NCBI GenBank assembly: GCA_046563655.1
Contig: CM102283.1
Location: 9,486,001 to 9,550,000 of the forward strand
Reading direction: 5' to 3'
Length of the DNA stretch: 64,000 nucleotides
DNA from: Yuukianura sp. NJ FZ-2021
Taxonomy: Eukaryota
The notes beneath the pieces are model-generated. The model was given only the letters and a program-made list of their open reading frames with translations. It was not told the origin of the DNA and did no database searches. Every line of letters starts with the position of its first letter. Within the stretch, counting starts at the first letter, position 1. A program made the position numbers and the translations under genes. Below are positions 23,581 through 35,900 of this stretch, one piece after another.

Positions 23581-24589
23581 GAGGAGCTAAAAATAGGAAA
23601 TGGTGGATCAAATACTCTGGAATTTAACAGGGATAGAAAGCTAAACTTTTCATTTCATGAATCACAAAATCCAAAGACGTACATACGTGACTCTTGACAG
23701 GAAAAAAAAAGAGTTGTTCAGGGAAATAACTTAGGATTTAAATCGTAAACTGTGAATAATTCATGTTCTGGTTGAGCAATCGGATAAGTTCGAGAGGTTT
23801 CGTTATTTACTAAACGTGTAGTTGATTATGTTCAAACTCGGATTATTGTTCAAAGTCGGATTTGATGTTAGTGTATTGTGTAATTCTAAATTAGAACCTA
23901 CGAAGTTATGCTTAGATTTTAAGAAATGACGAGGTGCAGATCCTTAAAAAACATCGTCATTGTAAATTTTAATGCTCCTGTAAGTTACTCAAGGGAAGCT
24001 GTGCGTTGTGACACCTTCAGTTTGCCAATTACTGCAAATGAGTAATGCCCTAATTTATTAACTAGTATTAAATTTTAGTTAATGTTTAACCAAAATAGTT
24101 TTCAGATTTATTTATGTCTTAACTTTGTCAATTACTTTCGCCAATTTACCTTCGACTGACCGCTGCTAGATGGAAAACCGACGTTTAAATTCCTGTTTTT
24201 TAATTTGCAAAACTTTTTTTTTGTTTTTGATACAAAGAAACAACGTTATTTCGCTAAATTCTTTGTAAATCAAAAACCGAAAATTGAGTGTTTAGCTTCT
24301 TAAGGGACCCGGTTAATGTCTATGCTAGGCTCTTGTGTAAGTGAAATTTAGTTAATTAGTTGTTAAAACTAATTTAACTTAATTGAATAAGTTAGTTAAA
24401 TTCTACTTAACGCTCACTCCCTCCCTTAACCATCGTCGCAGTCACTTAGGTAAATATCATTTGCGAAATCGTTTTGTGTAAAGGCATTCATTTTAGGACG
24501 TCAATAAGAGATGCATTTTTGATTTGTGTTGAATTTGAGAACTTCTGGCTGTATTTTAAAAACAAAAGAAGTAACTTTATTTATTTGTT

Positions 24590-26491
24590 TTAAAATGCGA
24601 GTGGATCTTCGTTTTTTGAAAAATAACATTTTGGACTGTTTTCAGAGTAGAATTGGCTGTACCACTGACGGAACTGTTTGATCATGCGATCTTCTTTAGT
24701 CAAAAGTGGATTTTTGATGAACGTCTTCCGATTCCAGATTCTCAAATCACGTTCGATCTAAAAATTTTGAATTTTTATGACATTTTGAATTTTGAATTTT
24801 GATTTTGTTTTAGAAAGTACCATGATGGCTTCCGCGAGGACAATGAGCTTCCCGTAGGGATGAATGAGAGCATTACTGGAGTAGAAGCGATGAACGATTC
24901 GTTGGCGCAAGGGCTCCAGTGGTGTTACCATGTGAAACAGCACTCCACGACCAAAACTAGTGTCAAATTCCAGAATAACTGTTCCAGGTCCAACCTAAAA
25001 CGTATCATTTTGTGTTACTTTTTTGAAATTTTTTGAATTTTTGAATTTCAGAACCTGTCTTGTGAGGACATCCACAGTAAAGAGCGAAAACTTTCCAATG
25101 AGACACATTGCATGTCGCAGTTCCATGATGGCTACATGCTTCTCTCCTTCTGCATCGGAGGTTCGCCAGGATCCGCTCCAAACGTGCTTCACGAATTCCC
25201 AACGAAACCAAGAGTGATCCGGTTCGCCACCACACATCATGGCCTGGTCATGGACGACGTTCAAGTGGGCCAGGTCAGCTCCATTTTCTGGAATTTCCTA
25301 CAAAAACGAAGAATTTTGGATTTTGAAAACCATGTTTTTTCAAAATCCAAATTTCGAAAGTACAACTGGCTTACTTGCGCATGACATGACACTTGAAGTT
25401 CAGATCTGCCGCGATACTTGAAACTTCCAGACTGGATTTCTGGATACATCTTAGGCATCCAAGACGGATCGTCGCCTTCGGCATGAAACCACAAGTAGAT
25501 GAATCCGTTCCCTTCAACTGTCTTCCACATTTTGATTTTGGCAAATTCCGGTGCTACCAAAATTCAAAATTTTCAGACATTCGAAAAAGTTTTAAAATTT
25601 TTCTGGAAAAATTTACTGTTTTCTGAGTATGGAATGTTAACAAGTCGTCCATCGCAGCCATTGAACGTCCAGCCATGAAACGGACATCGGACGCATTCTC
25701 CGTCCACTTTTCCTCCAACGCCAAGGTGAGCTCCGAGGTGAGGACAGTAAGCATCGCTGGAAACAAGGAACAATTAGCATTAATTAACTTCTTAATTAAG
25801 TTTAAATTAAGTTTAAGTTTAATTTAAAAAGTTACGCGATGTATGATTTCCCACTTTGGCCTCTCCATGCCACAAGGTTGAGCCCTGCATAAGAACAAAT
25901 ACTGTGTCAAAACTTTTAATCCTCCCGAAAATCTCATCTTTTTCGTAAAAATTCTTCATCTCCGAAAATATCCTCTTTTTTTTTTTATCAAAAACCGGTT
26001 TCATGGGAACTAGTTTCAGTGATTTGAACTTTTTCAGCGTTGCTTCTCACCTAAAACGTTTACTTCCTTGACAGCATTTGGTCCAAGGTCATCTGATTCC
26101 AGAACGACAAACCATCCGTTGGGATACGCTGGCGGGAGGTCGCCAATTTTGCGTCTGCGCATCAGTGCATTGATGGCGTCTCTCTTTGCAGTTTCTGTTT
26201 TGTAGTAAGGTTTGCTCGAACGCCTCACTTCATCGTACCCAATTTCAGTCAAATCCTAAAACAATGAAAAAGGTATAAAATATTTCTTTTCAAATTCTAT
26301 TTTTGTTTTGGTTTTATTACCCTGTAGCGATCAAGCGGCTTCCAAAACAAGTAGTACCAAAGGACAAAGAGTACGCCGAGAACAATAGTTGTGGTTAAAG
26401 AAGGTAAAAAGTTGTCCGTTATCAATATGGATTCGGGCCAGTCTTTGACCGTGACCTTTTGAACAAAAGTGGCTATTGTGCTCAGGAGCAT
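24590..26491 (-). CDS. nvd: Neverland / DAF-36 Rieske cholesterol 7-desaturase (442 aa)
   Basis: Exons 26321-26491, 26051-26255, 25836-25884, 25617-25756, 25375-25553, 25055-25297, 24821-24994 and 24590-24757 join in frame. N-terminal TM segment, [10 protein letters not shown], Rieske CPHLGA...CPFHGW, non-heme iron motif [16 protein letters not shown], and [10 protein letters not shown]...[13 protein letters not shown]. Confidence 0.96.
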
Positions 26492-29400
26492 TGTGTCCAA
26501 CTCCGATTGTCCGACAAGACTGTCGGTTGAGACAGTCCGATGATAAGCCAAGTCCAAAGTTTGAAATAAAACTGAAGTTTTAAAATATCAACCAACTGCA
26601 GCAAGTTGACAAGCGAACTGAACACACAATCACCCAAATACACTCACAGATTGATTCACCCCTAAACAAATTTCTTTTTGAAAAATATTCGCCCAAGGTG
26701 AAACACAAAATTGGGGCGGTGTATTTTTGTCCAAAATCTTAAATTATGAAAAGTTCACACCAAATACAACAAACTTAGTAAGTAAAATTATGTTACTTAC
26801 TTTGTTAGTAACTACAGGTCGACAAATACAATCAAATACAATTCTCCAAGTGTAAATTATGCAAGGAATTGTAGAAACTGGAAACACAAGACTAATTTCT
26901 CAGATTTTGACTTGATTTGCGTTTTGATGGGAAGTAAACTCAACGTCACAGAAAATAAAATTGTTTTTGTGATCTTCCAGTAACTTAAAAAAAAAATCAA
27001 AAAAACAGGTTAACTCAAGGATGACTAAATTCAAAATGCTTGTTTGATCTGACTCTATATACAAGAGGCCTCTTAATCCGCAAATGTGGGACATGACAGG
27101 AAGCGTTTTTGAACATTTTAAAAAACAGGGCTTCGTGACATATTTTATGAAATTATAAATTTCAGTGCACTCTTTCCAATGAATATCGATTTTGTTTGTA
27201 TAAACTTAAAAGTATCGCGAAAATTTTAGCTGGCCCTCTTCTTAGCGTGTTTTCACATGCCATTACTTAGATCAAATGATTTCACCAAACTTTTAAGATT
27301 AGTTTATTACTAAAACGGGTCAACGGTGATTTGGTAAGTAGCTAAGTAGTAAAGATGTTATGATGCCAAGCAGAGTGTAAAACAAAGTGTAAACCTTTGA
27401 AACCCAATGTAACTGCAGGACAGACAGACAAGTTAGACGCATAAAGTAGAATTATCCATTTAATAAAAATGAAATTTTAGAAATGAGCAGAATTTGTCAA
27501 CTTATGATGGGGTAAGATGGAATTCAGTTCAAAGTTATCTTTAAAAGTTCATCAACATCGCAATGGATGCACAGAATCACCAATGCCAATCATTCATTAT
27601 ACACTTACAAAATTGTAATTCCACTTGAGTATGCTAAAGCTTTTATATAACATGCTCCTAAGTCCTGAAATTTTATAAATGAGACAAGAAAAAATTAAAA
27701 TTATGATTTCAATTTTTGGCGATAATTGATTAAAACTAAATTCCAGCTCTAACGATAAGTAGTGTCACGTCACTGTTAGTTTAAATGCAAAAGTGTCGTT
27801 ATGAAGTTCAACGCCACACTAAATTTTTGAATTGAATGATGAAATTCTGCAAAACTCTCCAAAAAGTTACGACGTGGGGATAAGATTCAAGTAAATTCGA
27901 AGAGTGTGTTTCATCGAACTTGTTTCATTTTTTATTTTCCATTTCATGCAATTTTTTTGTTTTGTAAAGTCGTAGGAATAACAATACTTTAAAGACTTTT
28001 AACTTTTGTGTTTAACCCAAACCGGGCAGAAGGAGATTACAAATGACACTTAACAATTAGTTCCTGACCTTCCAGCATCTTAACACTTTTGGGAAATGAC
28101 CTGAGCAGCACATTAGCAGTTTTTAACAGGAGTACTAATTAAGTTCTACAGTAGTTTGTAAAGCATAAACTAAAAACGAAAGGTACAACAAACAGTTCCA
28201 GTTTAGTCAACACTGAAAAGAATAAAATGCTCAATCATTGACGGACTTTGACTGTGGAATGCCATGTGAATCTCCCTGCCCTTGACCTTTGACCTCCACC
28301 GTGACCCCAAATATCTCTTTTAGTAAATTGTAGTAATACTAAACACAAACGACATCATTAAACCAACCGTAAAAGCAAAAAGTTATTCAAGGATATTTAA
28401 ATGTAAAGTTTTAAGTGATTCACAGTCTTCGAGGAGTTACAAACTGGACAAAAATTTAACAAGTTTTAGACTTTTTAGATTCGGAAACTAAAGTTATGAT
28501 TTCAATTACTGAAAAAGTGAAAGTTCAATTTGTGATCCCGGAAGACTTGAAATCTAGAATTTAGCAGCTGAGTTATGCTGAATGAAAGTTTGTTCTAAAC
28601 ATAATTCGAAAATTTCGAACTTTTTGAATTTTTAACAAAAAAAGTCTGGACTTCATAATAACATGCGTCATAATCATAGTTGGTAAACTTCTCGTTTTTA
28701 ACTTTAACTGTAACAAATATATTGCACAGAGGCAACCCCAACCAATATAGCAAAATGGCTAGCATTTTTAACACTTTTCTAACTTTTAACTTTTTAACTT
28801 TTAAAGAGACTATTAATTACTTTGAACTTTTAATTACCGAAACCTAATCCTAATGATTAATCTTCTGCAATTACTTTTAGCTCCTCCCACTTTTGTAACA
28901 TTAACGTAGATAAACGAACATTTTGCGGAGTATAATCTTTCTCTTCTTCTAAAACTTTAGAATTTTCTACAGATTAGAAATCCAATTTCCAACTCTGAAA
29001 AACAAAACAAAGATTCTTCCTCAACAGTTTCCGATACTAAAACTATTAGTTGCAACTAATTTTCAAAAAATGAAGAATTTTGAAAAATTGTAGACAGAGT
29101 ATAACCTAGCAACAGAGAAAGAAAAATCACAGATACACAACCGAGTGTAAATTTGTCTTGGACAAACCCTTCCTTGTTATGATGTAAATCTTGTGTTCAA
29201 TTCTTAAACTTTTTCAATTACTTTTTCCAATTGATCAACAATTTTTTGAGCCATTTAGCACTTTAGTAATTACAACAATTTTTAGGCTCAATCCAATTGC
29301 TTTCGCCCAACACTTTTTTCTCTGACTTTTTTTTTCTAAAATCATTTCATTTCCCGATTGTTTTAACACATTTTAGGTCACCAAAACAAATTATTGTAAC

Positions 29401-29910
29401 TTCACATTTGTACTACGAACAATTTAACATTCTAGTACAAATTGTTGTAATTGTAGTTTAGCTAGCTACCACTTTAGTCATAGGATTAGTCTTCTCATGC
29501 TTAAAAACAAAACCTAAACTTATTCCATGCACTATCATCTATAATACTTAATTATAATTTATAATTCTTAATTACAATATAATTCTGTTTTTATAGAAAA
29601 GAAGATCTAACAAAAAACAAAACAAAGAGGGACTAAAGTCGTCATTTTTAGATCAAAGTAGAAAAGGAAAATCGTCATGCGTTAAAGTTAGTTCCTTGCA
29701 GGCAGCAGGCAGCAGTATGTACTGCCTGATGCTGGCAGCATTCAGTAGTATATACTGCCTGCTGCTGGGAGTGTTGTCAGCTTTGGTGGACAAGCATCTT
29801 CTTCGTTAGCAGCGACTAGAGCGCTGAATTTTGAATTTCGACTTGAGATTTGAAAGTTTAATTTGACAGGATGGAGTTAGGAGATGCCTGGATTGTGTTA
29901 AATAGTTTGT

Positions 29911-32900
29911 TTAGTTGTCCGTGGGAATTCCGAGGCGATCTCTGAGATACTTGTCAATGGGCGTGTCAATGAGTCGGTAGAAGAAGAGGTGATCTTCCAC
30001 ACGGAGTCCAATGGATCTCAGCGCGGGAAGTCGCAGGAGAAGTTTGGCAAAACGCCCAGGCTCACTCGGAAAAGTCGTTCGTGTGTACTCTTCCAGTGTT
30101 GCATAGACTTTATCACGAAGGGCCTCCACTGTCTCAATAGAAGCTTGATTCAGACCACGGGCATCTAAAAAACGGACCAATCAGGATTAGGCATTTTGAA
30201 AACGGACCAATCAGGATTAGCCATGACACATTTCACGCTCCGGAAGTACTTTACAAACAATGTTACCTGGGTTGAATAGGATAATCGCTTTCATACAGCC
30301 TAGTTCAGCCTTGTCCACTTTCAAATCCCGTAATTTTACAACCACTTCTGCCAGAATTCTTTCAAAAACGTTGTGGAGACCAACCTCGTTCTAGAAAAAG
30401 TAAACCAAAAATTCAAAATTTGGAACTTTTTCTAAAATTTCAAAAAAAGTACGTACGAGACCAGGGGTGTTCCTATGAACTGTTAGGCCGTTGGCAAGTA
30501 CTACACTGTCCTTGACCTCCAGAGAGCGATGTGCCACTCCGATGATCAGTAATTCATTCCAACCTGCATTGCAAAAATTAAAATTACAAAATTTTTAATT
30601 ACTAAAACTTTTCATAATTTTTTGAGTTTCATCTTCTCCTAACCACTTTTGAGAATGAGGACTCTATCTGTGAGTGACAACTCGTTAAAGTGTGGAACAT
30701 GTTTGGCCCATTCTACGAGTTGGAAGAGCTGCTTGTCTGCTGCCTGGCAAATGTCGCCAATCCCCTGAATTTCAGTGTCGATGATTGGGCGCTCTCGGAG
30801 TTCTGTCTTGCGCTCTGCTTCAATTATTCTCTCCAACTGCATTTCAACTTGGACTGTCGTAGATGTGGACTCAACTTCACTGTCACTTCTTTCTCTCGTT
30901 CTTTGTCGCTCTTCCTAAACACAAAATCACAAAAGAAAAACATTAGAAAAAACAATTAAGGTTCTAAATTACTTCCAAGTTATCTAAAAGTACTTAAATA
31001 CACAGAAATGAATGAGAGGGAGGAACAATTTTGAAAATTTTGCAAGAAACGAAGAAAGTTCAAAATTTGGAAAAAGTTGAGTTTTTCACCTGTGCAGAGG
31101 ACCTTCTTCTACGAGTTTTAGAACCACCCCCCGCAAGATACTGTGTCAATATAAGCCAATACATAAAATCAAAACAAAAACAGGCACACTTTCATTAGTA
31201 CACAACTTTTAAAAAGCATTTCAAACAAAATTCAAAATTTTCAAACAAAACAAAAACAAATCAGCGCCTACCAACATATTTTCCAACAAAAAAAATCACG
31301 TAACTTATCTTAATCGCTTCCCGTGCAACACTGACTACCATCAAATCACAAATCACAAAAGTTCATCAGGTCAATGACTTTTTTCATACTAAAAGTAATT
31401 AACGTTTTCAATTCGTCTTAAAAACGTTTAAGTTCATCAACACCTCATCATAAAAAATCAAAAAAGCTCGGGTCCCTGCACAGGTTCAAAATTTTAAACT
31501 TTAACTTTAAACTAAATTTGAAATTGAACGACGATTTCCAAAAACTAAAATGGAACATACCTGAACTGCTTCACGTTTCATGCCCATGGAGAGACATTTT
31601 TGGTAGCGACAGTACTGGCATCGATTCCGATGTCTCTTGTCAATCGTGCATCCCTTGTCTTCCCTGCAGGCGTAAGTGAGGTCCTTGCGCACAGTTCTTT
31701 TGAAGAAGCCTTTGCAGCCTTCGCAGGAGTAGACTCCGTAGTGCTTGCCTGATGCACGGTCGCCACAGATACTGCAAAGATGCTTGGAGCCACTAAGTGG
31801 GTGATTGGGTGGGAACTGGCCGTTGGTGGGTGACACTCCGTTGCTATTTCCATTCGCAGACCCACTGCTCCCGTTGGACAGTCCGTTCACGAAATTGGAA
31901 TCCAGGGAGAAGGACGCCTGGCCTAAGCTACAAAACAACGACAGATTAAGAAATGTTTAAAAAAAAGATTTAGACTTTAGTTGGTTGAACTTTTCCAAAT
32001 CGTGTTTGGAGATGACATGGGGGAAGGAGATCATGTTGACACAGGTGATTTGGGGATGCTGGGACTCCATTAAGTCACACAGTGATAACAATATCAACAC
32101 AAGTCACATACACTCTAGAGACACATTGGGAATTCTACTGAGATCATTTAAGGAAAGTGACACAGAATTACAAAAATCCTTAGTTCACATTAGTTATCAT
32201 AAAGTTTAGAAACGATTTTCTCAGGAAAATTACTAAAACGCCTCAACTTTACTGTATTCATGGGTTAGAACTCTCAAAAATGGAGGTCAATTCATGCCAA
32301 TTTTCACTGGCTCAGTTTTGAGATCAACTAATGCTTTACTTTTTACGAATGAGAGGTGACTCTGATTGATCAAAATCAGAGTTGACCTTTGACCTGTGAC
32401 CTGTTATGTTGGGAAGTAGCGTACCTGGGTGACGTTGGTCCAGCCCCCGTCCCAGGACTAAATGCACCAGAAGACAGAAGACTCGTGTCAGGCTTCATGT
32501 CCAAAGGACTCTGTGGAGCACCCAGAGAAGACATTGGCATATTCGTATCCAGTGACAAACCTAAAATTAACACAAAAACATAAACGTTACTTTCAAAAGT
32601 AGACTTTTCTGTTCAAACTTATCTTAATTCTCTCTTGAGATCTTTAGATCTAACATATTCCCGAAATCGGGAAAAGTGAGCTAAAAACACGGATTTTCAG
32701 ATGTTTTTCTCAGATTCTCTGGATAAACTGAAAAGTTTCATGATTTGTGGATCTTGTTACTCCACTTTTAGAAAAAATAAATCAACAAAAGTCATTCAAA
32801 AAGGAAATTTTCAAAGAAAAAGTTTTCTGTTGAAAATCGGAGAAAGCTGACTTTCACTTTCCACCTCTCCGATTCCTGCCACTCCAACTTTAAGAAATCT

Positions 32901-35900
32901 CATAATAAATTTCTAAATCCCACACATTCATGTACCTAAACAACATAACTTGAAACTTCCACAATAACTTTGTTATATTTCTGCAAAAAATTTTGAGAGG
33001 GAATTTTGAAATTCAAAATTATCATAATGTCATGGGCCCTGTCTATTTCCTAATTAAAGCGGCATAATCTAATCCTATTTGACCTTCAAACACAACTAAA
33101 AACAAAATTTAAAAAAACTCTAAATCCAGCCAATCTCTCACATTTTAAACAGATACATGTAAAAAATACAAAATTTATCCAAAGTTCACACTTTTTAACA
33201 CACATCTACATAAAAACTAAAAAAAAAAAAGCATAAAAAATTAAGCATCGAAGCTTTTTCCGAGAGTGTCAAGTTCCTCGTTAACAAGCTTGCTTCCGGA
33301 TTTCAACCAAAAAAATTTATTTTTGCCAAAAAGTAGAGTATAAAAATCTCCAAAGTCAAACCGCAGAATAGCAACGTTTTGCAACACTTTAATTTCCTCA
33401 TTTCCAGTTCCAAACTGCCACAAAATAAATTGACAAGGTCAATTCTCCTTTTCAAAATGGCAAGTGACATTCAACTTTTCAAAAAAACCGCCAATTCTCT
33501 CGGCTCCTCTGACAGTCTAGTCATCTCAATAGCTTGACCTTCCACCACTTAACCCACATTTTAGACTGAAACAATTTAAACAATGGCACTCGTATTAAGT
33601 TTACCCAGACAGTATGTCAACTTCCAAAGTTTAATGTCACTCTTCCGACATTGTTCCAAACCACATAGACAAAATTCCAACTTGACCTTTGACCTTTGAC
33701 CATGCTCACCCATGACCTTTGACCTACAACTTTTTACAATATAAAGCTTACGCGTACTTAGGAATTCGTCGACATAGTGCGGAATGAGGACATTGAGCAG
33801 GAAATTTTGAAACTGACTGTCGTCTACTTCGTTTCGGCTCATTTGAACTCCACTTGACCACAACTGAGCAAATCACTTTTAAAATTTGGACTTATTGCAA
33901 AATTTGGATTTCCAGTGACCATGTCTCTACCACTAAACAAACACAATGCACAGACTGACAAAAAACTACTTTTAGTCACTATGTCTTATGTCACTTTTTC
34001 AACAACTAACTAAAAACCAAGGTTCACTTTAATCAATTTCCAATTCCAACTTCTAACTTTTTATGTCTTTCACAAATGACTAACCAATCATGTTTAGTTC
34101 AGGTAAGTCTCACAAATCTATGTTTTAGTAATTTTCAAAAATGATTCAAAACTAAAAAGTTATGTTTTTATGTGCTTGTGTCAAATTGACTAAAATCCAA
34201 GTGGAAACTGGAAACTAAATTGAAGTTGGTAGATCATCCGCTGGTTTTGTGATTGTGTTTTATCGGGGCGTTGATCTGTCGGATCAAATCGGGAGGAGTC
34301 AATACACTCTCCAGTTATCAAAATAATTATTATTCCCCATTAACTCTAACTTCTACTTTACTAAAACACAAACTAAAAAGCTACCAGTTAAAACATAAGT
34401 AAAAACGATTTTCGTAATAGGCAAGTGCCACAGCATTTCTCTGTTTACGAAAACTCCAATTTCATTTTTATCTTTTATGATTTTGCAAAATTTTGAAGTG
34501 CAGGAAACGTCATGCATTTGCCCAATTTATCTTATACAAACACAAAAAAAAAATAGTCGTGCCTCCACTTAAATAACAAAAATTTCATAATCGTGAGGCG
34601 CAAAAATTTTGTAGAAACAAGAGACCAAAAATACAAAAAAAAAGCTTAAAGGAAATTGTAGCGATGTTGGAACTTTTGTGCAATGAGGATTATGAATATT
34701 GAGTTTTTTTAATTTTTTCAATGGCTTCTAAGTCTACACTTTTTTTGCGTTTTTGCCAAAAAAAAAGTTTGGTAAAGTGATTGAAGCAACAAGGAAGTCT
34801 GTCTCTGTTATCCTGCTTTCGCCAACTTTATTCAAGGTCATCGAGGCATTCGATTCCAGAGGTCATTAACACTCCTTTCCACTAACTTTTACACAACCAA
34901 ATTCGCACTAACTTTGCAAACACAATAAAAAAAAACAATCCACATCACAACTACATAGTAAAACATTCAATCAACACTTTTCCACGTAACCACATTCGCG
35001 AAATAGTGACAAATTTTTTGTAATTCGTCAATTTTTACACCCCTCGGAAATACTCCGCCAAAAATTTCTTCATCTTACTTTCTCCACTTAATTTTTTTCT
35101 GCACTTGCAATTACAGCGCTAAAAACTTTAAACTTAAAATTATGCCTGCGTTATGTAAATTTAGTTCAACATTTGTCCATTACATGCACACAAATTATTC
35201 TGCTAAAAATCTCTGGCACGTTTTCCCTCGTGCCACACAACCCTAGTCTCTGTGTGCCTCTGACCTTCATCAAATTCGCCAATTTCTGCTTTTAGTTTTG
35301 CAAAACCCTGCCTCTTCTTAAGTTCCATTCATTGCAAAAACCATTTGGCAATTTTTGCACGCTGAGACGCGCAGAAACACATGGAGCACTCAAGGCTGAT
35401 GACACGAGCAAAAGAGTTTAGGGATTTAGAGGAATAAAAAGCAGAAGCGATGACCTTTGAAACCTTATGTAAACCATCTAAAGCTTTTAACATCAAAAAC
35501 AGCAACTCTTTCAAACTCTTTTCCAAAAGAAAAATTCAAAAAAGTCTGCAATTCATCACACGCGCCAAAAACTTTTCCTTCTTGTTTTTTCCCTTAATTT
35601 TAGCAACTTCAGTTTTCAAAGTCCTAGAAAAAATTGTAATTTTTTGCATCCCGGAGAAAGTTGAAGGTTACTCAACGGCGTGCGACTTTTCACTTTAGAC
35701 GTTATAGGTTTTTTTAGCGGTTATAGACGTTAGATGTTATAGGCTTTTTACAAGTTATAGGCGTTTAGATGTTATAGACTTTAGAGGTTATTATTCCTTT
35801 CGCCTCCTTCCGTGTGGGAAAACAACAAAGAAAAAGCCCGTTTGACCAATCAATAATTCACAGGCCAAATTCAACGACCGAAAAATTCACAAAAACTTTC

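Noticed and set aside
31986-32075. GC-richer patch in RXR intron 2 as a possible extra exon
   Set aside because: No acceptor/donor pair gives a phase-compatible open frame.
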